A DNA stretch of 64,000 nt from Candidatus Aenigmatarchaeota archaeon (GTDB lineage Archaea > Aenigmatarchaeota > Aenigmatarchaeia > Aenigmatarchaeales > Aenigmatarchaeaceae), in NCBI GenBank assembly GCA_016933455.1, contig JAFGAZ010000004.1:9116-73115 (forward strand), in the 5' to 3' direction. The notes beneath the pieces are model-generated. The model had not been told where the DNA came from. It made no database searches and saw only the letters and a program-made list of their open reading frames with translations. A program made the position numbers and the translations under genes. Shown piece after piece: positions 56,955 through 64,000 of this stretch. How positions within the stretch are numbered: position 1 is the stretch's first letter; each line of letters starts with the position of its first letter.

Positions 56955-59165
56955 TCATACCTTTAATTCTTTAAGGTTATCTAGTATTTTTTTCTTTTGG
57001 TCCTCGTTTCCTTTCGTCTTTTTTGTTTTCTTTGGTTTCTTTTTTTCCTTTTTGGTTTTTTTATCTTCCTTTTTTGGCTTCTCTTCAGACTCTTTCTTCT
57101 GGGGTTTTTCTTCCTTTTCCAAAGGCTCTTCCTTTTTTGGCTCTGATACTCTTTCTTTTGCTGCTTGTGGGTGGAGCAAGACATCTATGTTTTTCCACTG
57201 CTCCTCTATCTTGGACCTTATTTCGTCAAGTTTTCTCTCGTTTAGGCGTTTCATTTCCTCGTACTCTGCCTTGTTCATCTTGTGCTCGATCATCTGCATT
57301 TCGAGCGAATCCATGAACATCTTTATGTCTTCCTTTTCCTTTCTTAGTTTTATTAGTTCTTCCGGCAGTTTCAAATCCGCTACTGGCAAAATTTTCTTTA
57401 TTTCTTCTATCTGCTTTTTGATTAGAATGTTTTCCTCTTTGAAATCGTCCAAGTCCTCTTTTGAAACATACTCTTTGAGCTTGACATTGAGGGTGTCTAT
57501 TGATGTAAGAACATTTCTCATGCTCTCGTCGAAATCCTCCTGCTTGGCCTTGATCATGACCAAGTCCTCAAGACCCTTGCTTAGGTCTATGAATATCTTT
57601 TCCGTCTTGGTTCCTATCCTTTGTATGTACTTTATGGCCTCGTTTATGTCCTTGATTTTCTTCTGAATATCCCCGTTTAGGCCTATTAAGTTTTCAATGC
57701 CCCCTATGCTTTTTAGCATGTCGTATATCTCATTGACCTTGTCAACGCTGCCTTCTGACTTTCTTTTCACCTTTTCTAGATCCAGCTTGTCCTTTTCTCT
57801 TTCTTCTTTTAGAAGGTTGAACTTCTTTGTCAGCTCTTTTGGCTTTATGTCAGACACTTCGTCCTCTAGCCTTTCCATGTTGGCAGAAGTTGTCTTGAAA
57901 TTGGCATCGGCCTGCATAACCATGGACCTTATCTCGCCTATGTTTTCAGAAATGTTTTGTATTGCCTCGTCAGTTGCTTTTTTAGACTCCTTGAAAGTGT
58001 CAATCATGACTTTTAGCTTCTCTATTTCTATTGATAGTTTGTTGTCGTTCGGTATTGCGCTCTCTTCTTCGCTGCTATCTTCCGTATCTTCTATAGGAAC
58101 GTCGGCTGCGCTGTCTCCAGCCATCTGGGCAGATAGTTTTTCTATGACTTCTGGTGTTACTTCCTCTATCTTGTCTATGTCAAGCTTCTCTTCAGGCTCT
58201 TCTTTTTTCTCGGGCGTTTCTGCTTTGTTTTCTTTCTTGTCATCTTTCTTTTCCTCGGGTTTTTCTTCCTTTGGCTTTTCTTCAGGTTCAGAATTTACTT
58301 TTTCTGCTGGAGCCTTAACCTCATTTGGTTGCTCCTCAATTTTTATATCTTCTTTTGGAGCATCCAAAACAGCAGCTTTTTGTTCAACTATCTTATTTTC
58401 TTTTGTTTCTTCCCTTTCATTCAAATTTTCCTGTTTAACAGCTTCTTTTGCCGCGCTATTAGTATCAGAATTATTCTTATCCTTTTTGCCAAACATTTTC
58501 TTGAAGAACCCTTTCTTTTCAACTTTTGGCTTTTCATCTTCCTTTATTTCATCTGTCATATCAATTACCTCGTCTTCTTTTTTTGTTTCATCTTGAACAT
58601 AAACCAATTCTTCCTCTTTAGGAACATCTTCTATTACTATCGTGGGGGTGTCGCCGTCAAGAGTTATTTTGACATCTTCTGTTTCGTTTCCTGTTTCTTT
58701 AGCAGTTTCTATGCCATCTTCAATAGTTTCATTTCTTTCTTCTCGGACTTTATTTTCCTTCTTTCCAAAGAGTCTGCTAAAGAACCCTTTCTTTTTCTTC
58801 TTTACCTTTATTTCAACTTCCTTTTCATCCTCTTCTAGAACCTTGTCAAGTTCCTTTAGCCTCTCCTCGTTGACATTTTTTATATTTTCATAATCTTCCT
58901 TATTAATCTCCCCGTTTCTGAACTGATCTTCCAATGAGTCTATGAACATCTGCACGTCCTTTCTTTCGCTTTCCCTCTTTCTTTTTTCAATACTGTCTTC
59001 TCTTTTATCCGTTATGTTCAACAATTCGTGACACCTTTTTCTTTTTTCCGCATAATCCTTTTCCGATATGTCTGCCATCCTGTATAGGTCCTCGAGCCCA
59101 ATTAGCATGTCCCTGGCTTCCTTTACGTTTGCCGGGGGCCTGTTGAAGTTGACTAGACCTATCAT
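56955..59165 (-). CDS. Large cytoplasmic coiled-coil scaffold protein
   Basis: Three SHOCT-like motifs, two KKGFF..(L/M)FGKK amphipathic motifs, acidic disordered linker, long heptad region. Confidence 0.85.
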   Translation of the reverse strand: MIGLVNFNRPPANVKEARDMLIGLEDLYRMADISEKDYAEKRKRCHELLNITDKREDSIEKRKRESERKDVQMFIDSLEDQFRNGEINKEDYENIKNVNEERLKELDKVLEEDEKEVEIKVKKKKKGFFSRLFGKKENKVREERNETIEDGIETAKETGNETEDVKITLDGDTPTIVIEDVPKEEELVYVQDETKKEDEVIDMTDEIKEDEKPKVEKKGFFKKMFGKKDKNNSDTNSAAKEAVKQENLNEREETKENKIVEQKAAVLDAPKEDIKIEEQPNEVKAPAEKVNSEPEEKPKEEKPEEKKDDKKENKAETPEKKEEPEEKLDIDKIEEVTPEVIEKLSAQMAGDSAADVPIEDTEDSSEEESAIPNDNKLSIEIEKLKVMIDTFKESKKATDEAIQNISENIGEIRSMVMQADANFKTTSANMERLEDEVSDIKPKELTKKFNLLKEEREKDKLDLEKVKRKSEGSVDKVNEIYDMLKSIGGIENLIGLNGDIQKKIKDINEAIKYIQRIGTKTEKIFIDLSKGLEDLVMIKAKQEDFDESMRNVLTSIDTLNVKLKEYVSKEDLDDFKEENILIKKQIEEIKKILPVADLKLPEELIKLRKEKEDIKMFMDSLEMQMIEHKMNKAEYEEMKRLNERKLDEIRSKIEEQWKNIDVLLHPQAAKERVSEPKKEEPLEKEEKPQKKESEEKPKKEDKKTKKEKKKPKKTKKTKGNEDQKKKILDNLKELKV

Positions 59166-62100
59166 TTACTCATCCTCTCCAACCTTTTTTCTAGCGAGTC
59201 TAGATAGGTCTCTGCCATCTTGAAAGCTGCTGTCTTAACCTTGTCTCTGGCTATGTTCAGCTCTATTTCTATATCATAAGTATCGACTTTTTGTGCCTTT
59301 AATTTTTCTATTTTCTCTTCCAGAGCCTTGACTTTCTTGTCAAGCGTCATGTAGGTGTCTATTTCCTTGTCTGTCAAAGCGAAAGGCGAGTGCAAAAGCG
59401 GCCTGAAGTTCACGAACCACGGCCTTCCGTGGTTGAACTCTGGGTTCTGGAACAGACCAGTACCAATTGTCAGCCTTGTCACCTTTGACGCGTAGTCTGA
59501 GCCGTACTTGGACTTGACCCTTCCTATGTCTCCCTCGTACTTTGTTCTTAGCTGTATTTCGTTTGCGATGTTTGCTCTGATGGCTCCCTTAAAGTCCAAA
59601 AGCACCTGCGATATCATGAAGATACCAATGCCCCACTTTCTGAACTCTCTGGCAGCCCTTTCTATTGCAGTGTAACCCTTCTTACCGCCGTACTTTGGCA
59701 ATAGCCTGTGGACTTCGTCGTACACCAAGAGCAGCTTTATCTCCTTGGATTCGGTCGGTCTCATGTCGAATATTTCTTGTATGCTTCTTCTAACGAACTT
59801 GTCGTTCTCTGAAGCGCTAAGCCTGTTCATGACAAAGACAGTTATCTCTCCGGGCTTCATGTACTTCTTTATGTTTATCTCCATGTCCCCGTCTTCTACA
59901 AGTATCACATTGGTCTTGAACCTTGTTGCATCGCTGGGCTTGAGACCGAATTTCGGATACATGGCAAGCATTGGCTTGAGTGTGTTTGGCTTCATAAATC
60001 CTGTCCATTGTGCTGTGGGGTCGAATACGATTATCGGCACCTTTCTTTTTAGCAACTCTTCTGCTGTTACCATGGCTGATACGGTCTTACCCGATCCAGT
60101 ACCACCGGCGGCTATTGAGTGCATGAGCAGTTGCGGTATTGGTATGTACGACTTGATGTCGGTTTCGGCTATCCTACCAACCAGTAGCGAGTCTGCACCC
60201 TCTTTTGGTAGAGCCTTAAAGTCCAGAGGCGCTATGTACCTTGCTTTGGCAGTCTTTGATGCCTTGAATGCGGCGTACCATCTAAGGCCTACGAGCAGGC
60301 TTGGCACTCCGCCCAGAAGCACAACGTAAGTTATCCAGTTTAGGAATATCGATTTGAGAAGTATGAGTATCCACGGCAGTTTTGTTACCTCAAAGTCGTC
60401 TGATGAGGATGCGTACTTGTTGCCGTCCCAGTAGCTAACATTCGTGTCAATCAAATACATGCCTTCTGGTGTGTTTTCAGGTATTTGGACTGTTCTTTTG
60501 AAGGTTAGCACATTCTCGACTGCCAAAGTCTCTGTGTTTGTGGTTATTATTTCGTCTGGACCGTTTAGAGGTCTGACAGTGTACGTTACCGTTATGTCGT
60601 TTATCTCTGCTGTTTCTCCCATGTTGAGCAGGGTCGTTTCAAACGTCAGGTTGGTTCCGGGATTAATAGATTCTGAAAGAACCTTTACCTGAACGTCCAT
60701 AAGAGGCTCTAAAACTTCCCTTACAGTTATGGTTACAGGCGTTGTGTGCTCAACATCGCCTGCTGTCACAACTATGTTTCCTGTGTAGATGCCAGGAACT
60801 GCTGTGAGAGGCGCTTGTGCCCTTATTGATACGGATTCTGTTGTTTTGCCGTTGAGTCTAAATGACGGCCTTTGTATGGTCAACAAATTGAACACGGGGC
60901 CTTCCACTACTATTGAAACAGTGACATCCTCGTCAAGGTTGTTTATTATGTCTGTAGAGAAAGTTTTTTGCTCTCCTGGCGTTAGCGTTGTCTCTATTAT
61001 TGTTGACCTAACTTCCAGAGGCACGATGTTTACATCAACTCCTGTTTGGGTTGTTGTGGATGTGCCTGAACCAGATCCTCCACCGCCTCCTCCCGCTCCT
61101 CCGCCAGTGATAGGGTTGGTTGGCGTTGGCGGCACATACAGGCAGTCTGTTGGGCAGTTGCTTGTTGTTTCTCCATAGTTGGACTCGCATTCGCCATCTC
61201 CGCATATGAATTCTGCTAGCACATACACGCCTGTTATGTCTGATACGTTTATTCTTGCTTCAAGGCTTGTCAGGTTGACACTGTCATCACCATTGTCCAT
61301 GTCCGTGTTGCTAAGTCTGCTAAACAGCGAGTTGTCAGTTGAACTTACCTTGTTGGTCCAGTTGCCCGTGTACTTGTATATACCCAAGTGGTTTGGATCT
61401 ATTATGGGGAAGCCGCAAGCGCTATTTAGGCACTCTGAAAAGTCTATTATTATCGTTGCGTTCTCAAAAGGCAGCGTGTTGTTTACGTAAAAGCCCTTGA
61501 GCACTGTGCTAGAAGTTCTGACAGTTGGTATCTTACCGAACGAAACAGAGTTGTTGTAGTTTATGGATATGTTTGAGTTGTACAATTTGATGCTGTTATC
61601 GAAAGCGTCACCGCTAGTGCTTATTACAATGTCATAAACTTTCGAGTCTATTGTCTCGTTGTAATATCCTGTTGTCAAGTTAGAGCTAAAGTTGGACCTA
61701 ATATCATTTGTGTCGTAGTCATAGAAAGTAAAGTTGACATTTATTACTGGATCGAGTATGTTCTCTATGTCTTTGGTGTAACCACTGAACAAAACTATTG
61801 GATATATCTCGAAATTATCTGATGATGCGTTGCAGTTGTTTGACAAATCACATGATGTTATGTTGAATGTGTAGTTGCCAAGCTGCGAAGTGTTGCTAAA
61901 GTTAAAGCCGTAGGAATAGACGTCTGGTGTTTGAGATTTCAAAATCAGTGTTATATTCTGTGTAGTGTTGTCAGGCAGCTTCATGCTCGCCGTTATATTT
62001 TTTAGACCTCCGGACTCTGTAATATTTGCCCCTATACAAACTGAAGAGTTTACAGGAACCCTAATTGGTATTTCAACGTCTATCAAAGGAGCAGCCTCGT

Positions 62101-64000
62101 CCTCATAGACTATGGAATTGTATTCTATATCTGACCTGACGTTGTAATATGTTCCGTTGTGGAAACCAGTGATGTTTAGGTTGTAAACTCTTCCTGTGCT
62201 AAGGTTAGGCGCTATGAAATCTATTTCCCAGGCATTATGAGGAACGCTATAGTCTTGGTTGTTAATTGTAGCGTTTGTTGATATTGTGTCGTTGAATATA
62301 ACAACTTCGAATGTAACGTTTTCTGTTATCATGCTAGAGTTCTGTGTTACATTGACCCATGTCTCTATGTTGTCTCCGACATTTACGTCAATTTCTGGAA
62401 CGCTTTGTGTCGGGGAAACTATGTTAACATTGTATGGTGTTACAAACAGTGTGACTTCTGTTGAAACTTCCTTTACACTTGCGTTCTCCCTCATTGCGCC
62501 TGTTATGTTAGTTGTTATGAAACCTGTGTAGTTGGCATCGTATGTTATGTTCGGCGATGAGTAGTTTATGGTTATGAAGCTGGAATTGCCGTACTGGGAA
62601 GTTATATTGTAGCTGTCAAGCGTTATGTAAGGAGATATGGTTCCGTTTACTGTTACGTTCAAGCTCATGTTGGCGTTTCCGGTGTTTATGATTTCTATCT
62701 GACCAAACTGTCCCTGCGTCCCGTCCTTGACCCTTTGCACTATTTCCGTCGGGTCGTGTATCCAAGATACGTTTGCCGGAACTAGTATGTAAACCGGCAT
62801 CTCCCTGTAGAACGATGGCTGCGTGTAATTATCCGACCAGCTTATGTTCATGGTGCCGTTGTATGTTCCTGTCTGATAGTTCGAAGGAACTGTTAGCGTT
62901 ATGTTGAATGTCGACGAGTTTCCTATCTCAAGCAATGACACGTTCTGTGGTTCGTAATCAATAGTAAAGTTCTCGCATACTTCGCCTGATGTACATTCAA
63001 TGCTTATGTTGGTTGCGTTGACGTTTCCAATTGATGTCAAAGTCAAGTTTGTTGTCTTAGGCGTTCCTGCCCAGGCGACCTCTGATATCTGGCTCTTTGA
63101 AACTCCTATGAACGGATTTGCCGTTACGTTTACAGGAAGGCTGTAGACGCTGGTGTTATTAGAGTTGTTTAGGTTGACCCACTGGCTTGTGAAATTCACA
63201 TAATATGTCCCTGGAACAGTTGAGCTGTCAACACTAATTGTTGTTATGTTGTATTCTGCCTCGTTCTTGAGCAGTGTTCCGAACTGGAAGTATGTGGGGG
63301 TTGCGCTTGTGTTGTTGGAATAGTTCAAAGATACATTCACTTCGTGTGCTCTGGAACCTCCAAAGTTGCTTGCAGAAAAGTTTATAGCAAAGCTCTGTCC
63401 GCTTACCTGCGTTATGTTGGTCGCGTTTATTGTGGTAACATTTGGCACTATTGTTATCTCGGTCGTGTCAGAGCTTGTGACGTTAACAGGGTCTGTGCAC
63501 GTTGTCAGCGTTTGTGTATCGTTTGCGCATATTATTATCTGGTGCAGTCCTGCCACCGGATATTCGTATGTGATATTGAAGCTGTCGTTGTGTGTATTTA
63601 TCATGGGCAGTATGAAGCTAGAGCTGTTTGGTGGAGTTATGTTTACCCATGCATGGCTAACAGCATAGTTGTCTGTTATGTTGGCTTCTATTGTGACGTT
63701 CTCATACCCTTGCTCGAATGCTAGCGGGTCAATAACAACATCATCTATGACCGGAGGTATGTCTGTTACGTTGAGTGTGAAAGTCACATTCTGGCTTGCC
63801 GGGTCTGCTGTTACGTTTCTTATCAGAAGCGTTACATTATACAGTCCGTCTGTCACAAAGTCTGGAACAGTGTATGATATGTTTATGTTTCTGCTAACCT
63901 GCTTCTCAAGGTCGAAGCTGTACCAGTTAACTCCCTCTATTCTAACATAGCCGTTGTCTCCTGATTTTGTCACTTCGAACGGTATCTTTACGTTTCCTAT
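59162..64000 (-). CDS. Giant Ig-repeat surface protein fused via a TM to a HerA/FtsK-like (DUF87-type) ATPase; 5' end outside window
   Basis: Frame open to 64000; Ig/NEW3 repeats, CGDGEC..GE...CP.DC, Gly linker, TM, then GGTGSGKT, VFDP, LVYDEVH, REFRKWG...SQ. Confidence 0.92.
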   Translation of the reverse strand: MGNVKIPFEVTKSGDNGYVRIEGVNWYSFDLEKQVSRNINISYTVPDFVTDGLYNVTLLIRNVTADPASQNVTFTLNVTDIPPVIDDVVIDPLAFEQGYENVTIEANITDNYAVSHAWVNITPPNSSSFILPMINTHNDSFNITYEYPVAGLHQIIICANDTQTLTTCTDPVNVTSSDTTEITIVPNVTTINATNITQVSGQSFAINFSASNFGGSRAHEVNVSLNYSNNTSATPTYFQFGTLLKNEAEYNITTISVDSSTVPGTYYVNFTSQWVNLNNSNNTSVYSLPVNVTANPFIGVSKSQISEVAWAGTPKTTNLTLTSIGNVNATNISIECTSGEVCENFTIDYEPQNVSLLEIGNSSTFNITLTVPSNYQTGTYNGTMNISWSDNYTQPSFYREMPVYILVPANVSWIHDPTEIVQRVKDGTQGQFGQIEIINTGNANMSLNVTVNGTISPYITLDSYNITSQYGNSSFITINYSSPNITYDANYTGFITTNITGAMRENASVKEVSTEVTLFVTPYNVNIVSPTQSVPEIDVNVGDNIETWVNVTQNSSMITENVTFEVVIFNDTISTNATINNQDYSVPHNAWEIDFIAPNLSTGRVYNLNITGFHNGTYYNVRSDIEYNSIVYEDEAAPLIDVEIPIRVPVNSSVCIGANITESGGLKNITASMKLPDNTTQNITLILKSQTPDVYSYGFNFSNTSQLGNYTFNITSCDLSNNCNASSDNFEIYPIVLFSGYTKDIENILDPVINVNFTFYDYDTNDIRSNFSSNLTTGYYNETIDSKVYDIVISTSGDAFDNSIKLYNSNISINYNNSVSFGKIPTVRTSSTVLKGFYVNNTLPFENATIIIDFSECLNSACGFPIIDPNHLGIYKYTGNWTNKVSSTDNSLFSRLSNTDMDNGDDSVNLTSLEARINVSDITGVYVLAEFICGDGECESNYGETTSNCPTDCLYVPPTPTNPITGGGAGGGGGGSGSGTSTTTQTGVDVNIVPLEVRSTIIETTLTPGEQKTFSTDIINNLDEDVTVSIVVEGPVFNLLTIQRPSFRLNGKTTESVSIRAQAPLTAVPGIYTGNIVVTAGDVEHTTPVTITVREVLEPLMDVQVKVLSESINPGTNLTFETTLLNMGETAEINDITVTYTVRPLNGPDEIITTNTETLAVENVLTFKRTVQIPENTPEGMYLIDTNVSYWDGNKYASSSDDFEVTKLPWILILLKSIFLNWITYVVLLGGVPSLLVGLRWYAAFKASKTAKARYIAPLDFKALPKEGADSLLVGRIAETDIKSYIPIPQLLMHSIAAGGTGSGKTVSAMVTAEELLKRKVPIIVFDPTAQWTGFMKPNTLKPMLAMYPKFGLKPSDATRFKTNVILVEDGDMEINIKKYMKPGEITVFVMNRLSASENDKFVRRSIQEIFDMRPTESKEIKLLLVYDEVHRLLPKYGGKKGYTAIERAAREFRKWGIGIFMISQVLLDFKGAIRANIANEIQLRTKYEGDIGRVKSKYGSDYASKVTRLTIGTGLFQNPEFNHGRPWFVNFRPLLHSPFALTDKEIDTYMTLDKKVKALEEKIEKLKAQKVDTYDIEIELNIARDKVKTAAFKMAETYLDSLEKRLERMSK

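Noticed and set aside
57023..58893. Long + strand ORFs (up to 299 aa) rich in Ser/Phe
   Set aside because: Antisense shadows of the Lys/Glu-rich minus-strand gene; the same applies to most overlapping ORFs in the track
56955..59165. SMC/Rad50 or archaellum switch protein
   Set aside because: No Walker motifs or hinge, no archaellum genes in the window; resemblance is limited to generic coiled coil
59162..60250. Canonical HerA DNA-repair helicase
   Set aside because: No HAS barrel, fused to a TM and ectodomain, and no nurA/mre11/rad50 neighbours
61070..61110. Simple-sequence CCT/CCG repeat as a phase-variation tract
   Set aside because: Imperfect, with mixed codons; explained by the Gly-rich protein linker

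Overview
Gene-dense archaeal chromosomal window, most consistent with a DPANN-type archaeon (inferred from archaeal rpl1-rpl10-rpl12, Dph6, tRNA-Gln without encoded CCA, short AlaRS and TTTAAA boxes about 23-26 nt upstream of start codons). Bases 1-39 kb carry housekeeping and stress genes: two HAD hydrolases, Dph6 coupled to a class I GATase, SPFH, a eukaryote-like topoisomerase IB, solo Cas4, TspO, an ABC exporter, MPG glycosylase, PspC, DHH, PfpI, ATP-cone/Mrr, GltB-FMN, TrxB and AlaRS. About 20 AT-rich orphan ORFs are interleaved, several resembling degenerate information-processing folds. From about 39 kb to the end lies a cell-surface locus of more than 25 kb, the best candidate for an undescribed system. 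It encodes a giant Ig-repeat membrane protein fused to a cytoplasmic HerA/FtsK-type ATPase, a second giant paralogous surface protein, coiled-coil proteins sharing a SHOCT-like motif, an M50-like HExxH peptidase, a divergently transcribed pilin/WxL-like subunit, DUF916/DUF3324-like proteins, a tip-adhesin-like protein, a wHTH regulator and two MinD-like ATPases. A dif-like site (22620-22647) and a 21-bp palindrome (21248-21268) were also seen. No CRISPR array, rRNA or transposase was found. All family calls come from motif recognition by eye, without database searches.
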